From Bdellovibrionota bacterium (GTDB lineage Bacteria > Bdellovibrionota_C > UBA2361 > SZUA-149 > DAOLCO01): DNA of 34,218 nucleotides. The stretch lies in contig JBILFC010000001.1 in the NCBI GenBank assembly GCA_044351785.1, positions 1 to 34,218 of the forward strand. The letters are read 5' to 3'. Made by a program: the position numbers and the translations under genes. Of this stretch, positions 25,294 to 33,147 are shown piece after piece (position 1 is the first letter of the stretch; each line of letters starts with the position of its first letter). The notes beneath the pieces were generated by a model that worked only from the letters and a program-made list of their open reading frames with translations, did no database searches and was not told the origin of the DNA.

Positions 25294-25740
25294 ATGACAC
25301 TCTTTTCCACAACTACGGGATTTTTAAGGTCTTTGACATTCAGAGAATTGAAAGTCATAGAGACTCGTGGCGAATCGACCGTAACTATTAACGGCAAAAA
25401 TATTTCACCGAACGGCCGATTTCCCTTTGTACGTGAATTCAGAGTAAATGGATTCAATCGTGGACAAATGGAAGTTTACCGATTCTATCTCGGAGAAAAT
25501 GGAAAGTTAAATGTCATCTGCCGATGGCCTTGCTACGAAGGGGGATGGGTTGGCTTCAAGATCAAAACTATCGTGGTGAACGGCTGGGACAGTCAACTCA
25601 TCCCTGGCGAACCACTAACTAGAGAAACTGAGACCCGTTTCAAAAGTGACACTAGAGAACTTCTAGAAATCAATGGTATGATTTGGGGAGTAATCGGGGC
25701 ACTTAGCGTGATTGCATATATTGGCTACAGCTTATTATGA
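25294..25740 (+). CDS. Hypothetical tail-anchored protein (148 aa)
   Basis: The ATG at 25294 is preferred over the TTG at 25282. No N-terminal signal peptide. A single C-terminal hydrophobic helix (MIWGVIGALSVIAYIGYSLL). GC ~50%. A strong hairpin follows. Confidence 0.5.
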   Translation: MTLFSTTTGFLRSLTFRELKVIETRGESTVTINGKNISPNGRFPFVREFRVNGFNRGQMEVYRFYLGENGKLNVICRWPCYEGGWVGFKIKTIVVNGWDSQLIPGEPLTRETETRFKSDTRELLEINGMIWGVIGALSVIAYIGYSLL

Positions 25741-25753
25741 TCACAGTCAGAAA

Positions 25754-25776
25754 GGCGCCTTGAAATCCAAGGCGCC
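25754..25776. terminator. 9-bp GC-rich stem-loop between convergent genes
   Basis: GGCGCCTTG-AAATC-CAAGGCGCC, flanked by AAA on the left and GATCTTTCT on the right. Confidence 0.6.
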
Positions 25777-25809
25777 GATCTTTCTAGGTTCTTTTACCTT
25801 TTTCAATTT

Positions 25810-26763
25810 CTAGAATCCGCTATACCCAGAACACTCTCCTTGATAACTCACATTAATACCGGCCTCTGTAGCTTTACACTCATTAAAATAGGTCTGTGCA
25901 TTTGCGCCACATACCGGTGCATATACTCGAGAGCATGTCGGAGCCCCACATTCACCCTCGTATAATACTGTAGTTCCAGCTGCTCTAGCATAGCAAGTGT
26001 TACCATAAGTTTCACCATCTGCACCACAGACAGGCACAAATTCCTGCGAACAGATAGGAGCAGGGGCAGACTCCTGTCTGCAAATCCCTTGATGAGCGAC
26101 TCCCACCCCCGCTTCGGCAGCATGACAATAACTATCATATGTTTTGCCATCGACACCGCAAACCTTTCCAATAACTTGTATACAGTAAGGCCCATCAGTT
26201 GACTCCTGCTTGCACTCACCTTCATAAGAGACAGTAGCGCCAGCATTTTTAGCTTCACAAGAATTACTATAGGTCTTACCATCTGTCCCACAAACAGGCT
26301 TAATCCACTGTGGGCATATATCAGATCCTCCCGTGCTAGGAGAATCTGGCCTTTTACTATTATCAATATTATTATCCACACTCGTACGTACATCTTCAGG
26401 CGTTTTTCCTACTACCACATCTATCTGAGCTGGTTTTGAATTATCAACTAAATTTGTTACAGATACAGTTGTGTTTACAGCAGGACCATTAAATATAATT
26501 ACTGCCTCTTGACCTACCTCACTAGCAATCTCAAATTTGCCCTCAGAATCTGTAATAGTAGTATCGCCAGTTTCTTCGACCGTAACGGAAACATTAGGTA
26601 TCGGCTTTTGATTAGAATCTACGACAGTCCCTTCAAATTGTCTTAAATTTACAGACGTATTATCTCCACCCGTCCCAGAAGTACCACCTCCACATGCCAT
26701 GATTGACACAATTAAAAACCCTAAAAATACTTTGGAACAAACCTTACCAACAAAACAATTCAT
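25810..26763 (-). CDS. Lipoprotein with a CarboxypepD_reg-like beta-sandwich and four tandem atypical Kazal-like protease-inhibitor domains
   Basis: Lipobox SIMAC (Cys24). FEGTVVDSNQKPIPNVSVTVEETGDTTITDSEGKFEI matches the carboxypeptidase-regulatory-like pattern. There are four copies of C-x7-C-G-x-D/N-G/A-x-T-Y-x3-C-x-A-x2-A-G-x9-C. Confidence 0.85.
   Translation of the reverse strand: MNCFVGKVCSKVFLGFLIVSIMACGGGTSGTGGDNTSVNLRQFEGTVVDSNQKPIPNVSVTVEETGDTTITDSEGKFEIASEVGQEAVIIFNGPAVNTTVSVTNLVDNSKPAQIDVVVGKTPEDVRTSVDNNIDNSKRPDSPSTGGSDICPQWIKPVCGTDGKTYSNSCEAKNAGATVSYEGECKQESTDGPYCIQVIGKVCGVDGKTYDSYCHAAEAGVGVAHQGICRQESAPAPICSQEFVPVCGADGETYGNTCYARAAGTTVLYEGECGAPTCSRVYAPVCGANAQTYFNECKATEAGINVSYQGECSGYSGF
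25831..26316 (-). repeat. Four Kazal-like units (aa 150-184, 194-228, 238-272, 276-311)
   Basis: CPQWIKPVCGTDGKTYSNSCEAKNAGATVSYEGEC; CIQVIGKVCGVDGKTYDSYCHAAEAGVGVAHQGIC; CSQEFVPVCGADGETYGNTCYARAAGTTVLYEGEC; CSRVYAPVCGANAQTYFNECKATEAGINVSYQGEC. Period is 44/44/38 aa. Confidence 0.85.
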
Positions 26764-26794
26764 AACTACTCCTATTTATACAACTAACATTTCT

Positions 26795-27601
26795 CTAATT
26801 CATTTTTAATAGCTCTGACCAGCTAAAGCTTCCCAGAACTACCCTATTTCTATTAGACTTATTTACCGATGGATTAAAATCTTGATCGAACTGACTTAAG
26901 TAAGCAGAAACTTTTTCATGAAATAAAGTGCCCTCACTGAGTAACCACTTCTTAATTTCTTCGATATTCTCATCAGGTATACCATCATATTCTGTTCTAA
27001 GATGAAGATTCCGAATGCCTTCACCTGAAAATATATTTTCCTCTACAGCTTCTAAAAGATCTCGCATATCTCTAGATAAACCTTTTAAAGATTCTTCTGG
27101 ATTTTTTACAGTGCTATGAAACCTAGCAATTAACTTTAATCCCTTCTCTGTTTTTTCTACGTAAGATAATCTCTTTAGCTCAAATAAAATCGTGTAGGGA
27201 TTTAAATCCTTACTAACTGATTGGACCAAGTCACTAAACTCACTTTGTTTACTTCCAATTGCAAGCACTCTAGGCTTACCACTAGCTAAACTAAACCGAG
27301 GATCATTTCTCCACTGAGATATTACTCTCGTTAGTACACTACTTGGTTCAACCTTTAACTCTTTAGAATTATAAATAAGACTTACTTCTCTTCTTTGAAT
27401 CCCTGTAATGGCAGATATTTTACTGATGTTGGCATCGATTGCCTGACGCTTTAACTCTTCTTCCGCAATTTCAACAAAAGTTCTCTTAAGAACTTCTATA
27501 AAATCTTGATACTTCAAAGAATGACGTAGACAAATCCGCACTAAAGGAGAAATTAACTTAGCTAACGCGTTTAGTACAATTTTAGAAGATTCCTTTGCCA
27601 T
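26795..27601 (-). CDS. Hypothetical protein with a probable helix-turn-helix (268 aa)
   Basis: The segment ISKISAITGIQRREVSLIY looks like an HTH. The rest is unassigned. Confidence 0.55.
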   Translation of the reverse strand: MAKESSKIVLNALAKLISPLVRICLRHSLKYQDFIEVLKRTFVEIAEEELKRQAIDANISKISAITGIQRREVSLIYNSKELKVEPSSVLTRVISQWRNDPRFSLASGKPRVLAIGSKQSEFSDLVQSVSKDLNPYTILFELKRLSYVEKTEKGLKLIARFHSTVKNPEESLKGLSRDMRDLLEAVEENIFSGEGIRNLHLRTEYDGIPDENIEEIKKWLLSEGTLFHEKVSAYLSQFDQDFNPSVNKSNRNRVVLGSFSWSELLKMN

Positions 27602-27629
27602 ACAAAAGTATTATGACAAAATCCATAGA

Positions 27630-27650
27630 GGATGTGCTTTCTGCACATCC
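27630..27650. promoter_or_regulatory. Perfect 8-5-8 palindrome 29 nt upstream of the HTH-protein start
   Basis: GGATGTGC-TTTCT-GCACATCC. It could be an operator for a dimeric regulator or a 5'-leader hairpin. Confidence 0.3.
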
Positions 27651-27782
27651 CTTGGATAACTAGACTCCTAACCCACTATTTTTACACTTCTTTATTAGCG
27701 CCCAGAAATCGGGCAATGTTACTTTGACTCATTTTAAGAACTAACTTATCTTTCTTGGAAAGTTTTAACCCAAGGATATCTC

Positions 27783-28259
27783 ATGGCTGGCGCACTTCCA
27801 AAATCACCCTCAGAATTTACTAAAATCCCAGGCGCGAAAGTAGCCATTATTGCTAGCATGTGGCACAAGGAAATTATTGAAACCATGGTCCAGAGTGCAA
27901 AGAAGCACCTCATGGCAATTGGCCTTCAAGAAAAGCATATTAAAATCACTTGGGCTCCTGGTTCTCATGAAATTCCTTACTATGCTAAAATGCTTTTAGA
28001 TCATCAAAATAATTTAGATGGAATCATGGCCTTTGGCGTTGTACTCAGAGGCGGCACAACTCACAATGACTCCGTACTTCAAGCCGCTGTTAATGGTTTT
28101 ATCAATCTAAGCCTAGAATACGGAAAACCAATTATCAATGAAGTGATTGGAGTAAATAATATTGAAGACGCTGAAAAAAGAGCAGAAGACAAAGGCACCG
28201 AGGCGACCTTTGCCTTCTCAGAAGCAATTGCGTTTAAGAGATCCTTACTTCTTCTTTAA
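27783..28259 (+). CDS. ribH: 6,7-dimethyl-8-ribityllumazine synthase (divergent)
   Basis: VAIIASMWHKEIIETM (canonical ASRFN... with Trp in the stacking position), APGSHEIP (canonical VPGAFEIP), DGIMAFGVVLRGGTTHNDSV, EDAEKRAEDKGTEA. Confidence 0.78.
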   Translation: MAGALPKSPSEFTKIPGAKVAIIASMWHKEIIETMVQSAKKHLMAIGLQEKHIKITWAPGSHEIPYYAKMLLDHQNNLDGIMAFGVVLRGGTTHNDSVLQAAVNGFINLSLEYGKPIINEVIGVNNIEDAEKRAEDKGTEATFAFSEAIAFKRSLLLL

Positions 28260-30323
28260 CAATTCCGCCGTTTCTAGAAGCTTTATATAGTCAGCTCTAT
28301 ACCCAAGAGCGTCTTCACCCTTAGCACCCCTAGCTAACTCTATCGCAGTAGCAAAGGTAGCTGAACCTTTATATTCAGAATCTCTAAGAAGCATACCGAA
28401 CTCAGCAACAGAAGCTGCGAATCTAAAGTTATTACTTGTTTCACTACCAGCAATTGGATTAGAGTTAATCACCTGACTTATCAGTTTACTTTGTTCTTCA
28501 GCAGGAAGTTTATATCTAAGCTTTATAGTAGCCAACTCTTCATTGTGATTCATCTCCTGAACTTTTACAGGACTAGGCGAAGGAGCTGCCCGCTGATACT
28601 TAAGATCATCAACACTTGCCACCTGATTAAAATCAACTCCTACTGGAACAATTTCATAAAGCGCAGTTACGCTATGACCTGAACCTAATTCCCCAGCGTC
28701 TTTTTTATCATCATTAAAATCTTCCTTCGCTAACATTCTATTTTCATAACCGATCAACCTATATGCCTGCACATATGCTGGGTTAAATTCTATCTGAATT
28801 TTAACATCCTTAGCGATAGTAAATAGAGTCCCTTTAAGATCTTGAACTAAGACCTTCTTAGCTTCAAGAATATTATCTATAAAGTAGTAACTGCCATTCC
28901 CTTTATTAGCTAACTGCTCCATCTTTTTATCCTGATAGTCACCAGTACCGAAGCCAAGTACACTTAAAAACACCCCTGACTTTCTTTTCTCTTCTATCAA
29001 CCTCACTAATTCTTGATCACTAGATACTCCGACATTAAAATCACCGTCAGTAGCCAATATAACTCTATTATTAGCGCCCTGAATGAAATTCTTCTTCGCA
29101 ATTTCATAAGCTAAGCCTATCCCAGCTGCTCCAGCAGTGGATCCTCCTGGAGAAAAGCTATCAATGGCTGAAAGGATTTCTGCCTTCTGAGTTCCACTTT
29201 TTGACTCGAACACCACTCCAGCAGTACCAGCATAAGTCACAACTGAAAGCCTATCTTCTGGTTTTAACTTCTCGACTAATAACTTTAGTCCCTGCTTTAA
29301 CAAAGGTAACTTATCAGGACTATCCATAGACCCTGATACGTCTACTAGGAATACAAGATTACTAGCTGGAAGCTCACTAATATCCTCTTCGTATCCCTTA
29401 AGTCCAACATGAAGTAATTGATGTTTAGGCTCCCAAGGCGCTGAACCTAATTCAGTATAAACAGCAAATGGAACTTCTTTAGTTGATGGAGCTTTATAAT
29501 CATACTTAAAGTAATTTAGAAGCTCCTCTGTTCTAACAACATCCGCAGGCGGTAACTCACTGTTACTTAAGTACCGTCTTACATTAGAATACGAGCCAGT
29601 ATCCACATCTATTGAAAATGTAGAAAGAGGTACGTTTAAGGCATCTAAATAGCCATTTTCAACAGCTTTGCCGTAATCAGTATCTAGCGCAGCAAAATTC
29701 GCCTCTCGACTACCATCTAATACCATCTGACCCTTAAGACCTCTTCCTATATTTGCCCCCTGAGCAGGAACTGATTTGGGTAATACTGACTTTTTCTGAC
29801 CTTCAATGTCATTCTTAAAAGCCACTATAAGATCCGCGTATTGCTCACCGCCCTCGGATTGTAACGCATACGGAACAGGATTTGGAGTACCCTCAGTAGG
29901 TGCATTCACACCCGTTAGAAGATTTACTGATTCACCTTCATTAGTTAAAACCTGCACCCCAGGTTGAGCTTTGTAAATAATCATTAAGACTGCAATACTT
30001 GCAAAACTTGGCGCAAGCACATACACAAACCTTCTTCTATCTACAACCTTCGCTATTTTTTTCCTTATACTACTCATACTACTACTCCATTTATTAACCG
30101 GCGATAATTCTCCAATCGCCTTCATTACTACTAAATCAAAACCTTCTGGTGCCTTAACTCCATTTACGCTCATGGAACCTAAAGCAGCATTTACCTTAAC
30201 AAATTCATTATAATCACTAGCTAACTTAGGATCTTCTCTGAAACTTTTCTCTAAAGATTCCCTCTCAGAAGCCGACAATGTGCCTTCTAAATATGCTAAA
30301 AATTGTTCGTGTAAGTCTTTCAT
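28245..30323 (-). CDS. Anti-sigma-factor N-terminal domain / TM / von Willebrand factor A fusion (YfbK-like, 692 aa)
   Basis: N-terminus HEQFLAYLEGTLSASERESLE (anti-sigma-like, no Cys), TM helix FVYVLAPSFASIAVLMIIY, PLSTFSIDVDTGSYSNVRRYL...RTEELLNYF (VWA N-terminal module), MIDAS DVSGSM (29325-29342), and a long C-terminal extension. Confidence 0.85.
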   Translation of the reverse strand: MKDLHEQFLAYLEGTLSASERESLEKSFREDPKLASDYNEFVKVNAALGSMSVNGVKAPEGFDLVVMKAIGELSPVNKWSSSMSSIRKKIAKVVDRRRFVYVLAPSFASIAVLMIIYKAQPGVQVLTNEGESVNLLTGVNAPTEGTPNPVPYALQSEGGEQYADLIVAFKNDIEGQKKSVLPKSVPAQGANIGRGLKGQMVLDGSREANFAALDTDYGKAVENGYLDALNVPLSTFSIDVDTGSYSNVRRYLSNSELPPADVVRTEELLNYFKYDYKAPSTKEVPFAVYTELGSAPWEPKHQLLHVGLKGYEEDISELPASNLVFLVDVSGSMDSPDKLPLLKQGLKLLVEKLKPEDRLSVVTYAGTAGVVFESKSGTQKAEILSAIDSFSPGGSTAGAAGIGLAYEIAKKNFIQGANNRVILATDGDFNVGVSSDQELVRLIEEKRKSGVFLSVLGFGTGDYQDKKMEQLANKGNGSYYFIDNILEAKKVLVQDLKGTLFTIAKDVKIQIEFNPAYVQAYRLIGYENRMLAKEDFNDDKKDAGELGSGHSVTALYEIVPVGVDFNQVASVDDLKYQRAAPSPSPVKVQEMNHNEELATIKLRYKLPAEEQSKLISQVINSNPIAGSETSNNFRFAASVAEFGMLLRDSEYKGSATFATAIELARGAKGEDALGYRADYIKLLETAELLKKK

Positions 30324-30919
30324 TAGCGAACCTCACTTAATTTAGATCTTAGAACTAAAAGGGCGGCATTCATTCTTGAAGAAACTGTTCCAACAGGAAT
30401 ATCAAGTTCTTTACTAATTTCTTGATACGACATCCCGTTAAAAGCCCGCCGAACTAAAACATCTTTATAAATTTCTTTTAGCTGTGAAATTTCTTGCCGC
30501 ATAAAACCTAAAAGTTCCTCAGAAAACTTGTTCTCTTCGCTAGTTTCTGAACTAATTATCTGCTCATGCTCACTTGTCTTAAAACTATCTGATCGCTGTT
30601 TTTTCTTATACGCAGAAGAAGTGAAATAAGACTTAATATTATTTAGAGCTATTCTAACTAACCAAGTCTTAAACAAACTATCTCCCTTAAAAGTTCCCAG
30701 ATATTTATAAGCCCTGATAAAAGTATCCTGTGCAATATCTTTCGCCATAGCTTGATCACCTACCTGAGCTAACACCAATGCATAGATCTGATCTTGGAAA
30801 TTTAAAACAATAGAAGAGAATGCGGACTTATCGCCAGCGATAACTCGCCGAACAACATCCAGAATCTGGCCCTCATCAAGAGGCAACTTAACTACATTCT
30901 CACTCATCTTCCTATCCAA
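30323..30919 (-). CDS. ECF-type RNA polymerase sigma-70 family factor
   Basis: Region 2 DIAQDTFIRAYKYL...FKTWLVRIALNNIKSY. Region 4 MSYQEISKELDIPVGTVSSRMNAALLVLRSKL. TAATG overlap with the anti-sigma gene. The track start is a TTG at 30919; the ATG at 30907 (MSENVV...) is an equally plausible start. Confidence 0.9.
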   Translation of the reverse strand: MDRKMSENVVKLPLDEGQILDVVRRVIAGDKSAFSSIVLNFQDQIYALVLAQVGDQAMAKDIAQDTFIRAYKYLGTFKGDSLFKTWLVRIALNNIKSYFTSSAYKKKQRSDSFKTSEHEQIISSETSEENKFSEELLGFMRQEISQLKEIYKDVLVRRAFNGMSYQEISKELDIPVGTVSSRMNAALLVLRSKLSEVR

Positions 30920-30935
30920 TCTGTGCTACTGATTA

Positions 30936-30963
30936 TTAGACCTAGGAAGTTAGCTTTTGTTCG
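30936..30963 (-). promoter_or_regulatory. Candidate ECF-type autoregulated promoter
   Basis: The minus strand reads CGAAC-N17-GTCTAA about 30 nt upstream of the ATG at 30907. This is a loose match to the AAC-N16/17-CGT-type ECF promoter logic. Confidence 0.2.
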
Positions 30964-31018
30964 TTTTTTTAGTAAGAGGGAAAGTTTGTTTAATAACAGG
31001 AAGTTAAGCAGACTAGGC

Positions 31019-31429
31019 CTATATCTCCCTCAAAAATTGGCTGGGATTTCTCACCTTAATTGGAGAATTCTTAAACCCTTTTACATCTCTTGTAATAATA
31101 AGATAACAATTATTTAAAACGGCAGAAGCACAGACACAGGCATCTTCGTGATCGGTGAACTTTAAGGTTTTAGCAAATCTAATCTCTTTCTCTGTAAAAT
31201 CCAGGAACTTCACACCCAGACCTTCAAGTGTATTAAAAAAATCAAGCGCAATCTTCTTATCAGCCAACTTAGATACAACATAATATATATCCGTATAACT
31301 GCAACTCGCCAAAGAAACTACTATTCCTGGCGAACGAACTAACTTTTTAAACAAATTTACAGATGCTAATTGAGAATTTGGCCTGCAAGCTATATCGATA
31401 AAGATATTAGCATCAAAAAGGATATTCAC
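31019..31429 (-). CDS. vapC: PIN-domain toxin (VapC-like, 136 aa)
   Basis: N-terminal ILFDANIFID (first acidic residue) and C-terminal HEDACVCASA...LIITRDVKGF, as in PIN domains. ATGA overlap with the upstream small gene. Confidence 0.75.
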   Translation of the reverse strand: MNILFDANIFIDIACRPNSQLASVNLFKKLVRSPGIVVSLASCSYTDIYYVVSKLADKKIALDFFNTLEGLGVKFLDFTEKEIRFAKTLKFTDHEDACVCASAVLNNCYLIITRDVKGFKNSPIKVRNPSQFLREI

Positions 31430-31683
31430 GAATACTTCCTATTTCTCGCCTGCCTTAAGATAGATTCTACTTCCTTATCACTTGGCTCTTTAGAAATTTT
31501 CTTAAAAGCTCTTTTATGAAAGTCTGAAAGAATACCATCAACATCTATGCTTTCATTTTTACATATAGCCTTACTAAGACCATCTTCGACTATACTAGAC
31601 AAAGAAACACCAGAATCAGAGGCAAACTTCTTTGCCTTCACCAGTAAATCCTCATTTATAGTTAAATTTAATCGGTTTTTCAT
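31426..31683 (-). CDS. Putative antitoxin partner of the PIN toxin (85 aa)
   Basis: N-terminus LNLTINEDLLVKAKKFASDSGVSLSSIVEDGL (RHH-like strand-helix-helix). 4-nt overlap with the PIN gene. Confidence 0.6.
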   Translation of the reverse strand: MKNRLNLTINEDLLVKAKKFASDSGVSLSSIVEDGLSKAICKNESIDVDGILSDFHKRAFKKISKEPSDKEVESILRQARNRKYS

Positions 31684-31713
31684 ATGCGCATACCTTTACT
31701 AACTATACGCATA
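31683..31713. promoter_or_regulatory. Two copies of TATRCGCATA at the antitoxin start; possible operator
   Basis: A perfect 10-bp palindrome TATGCGCATA (31683-31692) abuts the start codon. TATACGCATA (31704-31713) lies 21 nt away, about two helical turns. Confidence 0.3.
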
Positions 31714-31798
31714 GAATGATATTTCGTCAAGGTATTTAACTTGATTTAATATAAGTAAAATACTATGAACTTACAATATTTAGTTAAACAAGGGTAAG

Positions 31799-32395
31799 AT
31801 GAGACAACTAAAAGTGTTATTGAAGAGTTCCTGTATTTTAATCTTATTAGCCGGTTGTTGGAGCGATCCAATTCGTCACATTACTCCCCTAGCTGCCCCT
31901 AATCCAAAACTTCCCGTAGGAAGTTTCGCAGTGAAGAAAATGAAGCAGTGTGAGGTAGATCCACTACTCGTACCAAATCCGGTAAAATTAGACCTCATGC
32001 GCAAGTGTAGTTTCTTCTATTCTGAGCTTACTGCTAATATCGCAAGCTCCGGCGTATTACGCCAACTTAACGAAACAGAGAGCAAACCCGATTTTGAGAT
32101 AGAACTAATTGAGCTACCCGATCGCTCCATCAATCATCATGGAATAGGTCCCCTCATGCTTTTTACCTGCGTAATTCCATTTTGGTCAACTCAGGAATAT
32201 GGCTTTCTTTTTTCCATTAAAGACAATCATAGCGGAGAAATACATATAGTTGATTCTAGAGATAAAGGTACAACTATCTACTGGATGCCAGCAATATTAT
32301 TAAATATTTTTCCGGATCGAACATGGGAGAGGAAAGAAGAAAGAGAGATTGAGGATTTAAGAAACAGGATTTTGAATGTTTTAAAGATTACATAG
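31799..32395 (+). CDS. Hypothetical lipoprotein (198 aa)
   Basis: Signal sequence plus lipobox ILLAGC. No family recognised. Confidence 0.55.
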   Translation: MRQLKVLLKSSCILILLAGCWSDPIRHITPLAAPNPKLPVGSFAVKKMKQCEVDPLLVPNPVKLDLMRKCSFFYSELTANIASSGVLRQLNETESKPDFEIELIELPDRSINHHGIGPLMLFTCVIPFWSTQEYGFLFSIKDNHSGEIHIVDSRDKGTTIYWMPAILLNIFPDRTWERKEEREIEDLRNRILNVLKIT

Positions 32396-32598
32396 CTATC
32401 ACAGTGGCCTACCAACTAACTTAAGTTACTACTGGGAGTTCAAAGTTACCCCTAGAGTACACTTGATTAATTGGAATACACCACTATCAAATTTTATTGT
32501 CCAGCGGTTTGAAAACTGTTAGAAGATGTTGGGTAGATTGTCGATCGAGCACCATTATTAAATGGCCAAAACAACACTGAAGGAGCGGAGCGATTCAG

Positions 32599-33147
32599 AT
32601 GAGTCATTCAGAAACACTAGACGACGTTATTGTCCCGTGGTCCTCAAAAAAGATGGTGCTGGCATGCGTGAGCGGAGTGCTCATCTGGCTTGCCTGCGCG
32701 TTGACTCTGACATATGCAGATACCGATTGGAGCAGGTCCAATACATGGTTACTTATCGCTCTATTGTTACTCATCCCGATTGGTATCGTTTTCTCCCTAA
32801 GGAGCGTATTTGATACTAGGCCCAGGATACTCATCAATAAGGCAGGCCTTTTCGATCGGACTTTAAAAATTGGAACAATTGAATGGTCGGATCTGATTGA
32901 CGCCTTTCATTGGACTCAAAAAATCAATGCTGGTGGGCGCTCTTCAGAGGTGCATTATATTGCACTAAAAATGGCGGATCCTACAAAATACTCTTCCCGA
33001 TTAAATTGGATTTTTAGGCAGCTCCTAGTGCTTGCAAAACAGAAGGCTCCTGAACCCTTTAATATTTGTCTGCTTGGAATTGAATACCCTCAAGATAAAC
33101 TGCTAGTGGCCATCAAAGAGCGCATCGCACTTCACGGCAAATATTAA
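32599..33147 (+). CDS. Hypothetical membrane protein with two N-terminal TM helices and a PH-like C-terminal part (182 aa)
   Basis: SD AAGGAGCGG upstream. Helices MVLACVSGVLIWLACALTL and LLIALLLLIPIGIVF, then RPRILINKAGLFDR...IEWSDLIDAF, typical of bacterial PH-like (STM3941/YcxB-type) proteins as I recall. GC ~50%. Confidence 0.5.
   Translation: MSHSETLDDVIVPWSSKKMVLACVSGVLIWLACALTLTYADTDWSRSNTWLLIALLLLIPIGIVFSLRSVFDTRPRILINKAGLFDRTLKIGTIEWSDLIDAFHWTQKINAGGRSSEVHYIALKMADPTKYSSRLNWIFRQLLVLAKQKAPEPFNICLLGIEYPQDKLLVAIKERIALHGKY

Noticed and set aside
25848-26393. 181-aa ORF on the same strand as the Kazal lipoprotein gene but in another frame
   Set aside because: The Kazal frame shows four precise Cys-spaced repeats. 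The alternative frame has no features and is explained by the GC-rich repeat DNA.
16579-31117. Other short overlapping ORFs from the track (16579-16785, 17727-17909, 18557-18778, 23657-23839, 23964-24164, 24395-24586, 24545-24751, 25275-25457, 28491-28682, 30923-31117)
   Set aside because: Each overlaps a better-supported gene in an antisense or alternative frame, or lies in a promoter region, and none shows recognisable motifs.
32562-32837. ORFs 32562-32813 (+) and 32604-32837 (-) overlapping the 182-aa membrane protein gene
   Set aside because: The 32599 frame has an SD, two clean TM helices and a plausible domain. The alternatives are Arg-rich or featureless, as expected from GC-rich DNA.
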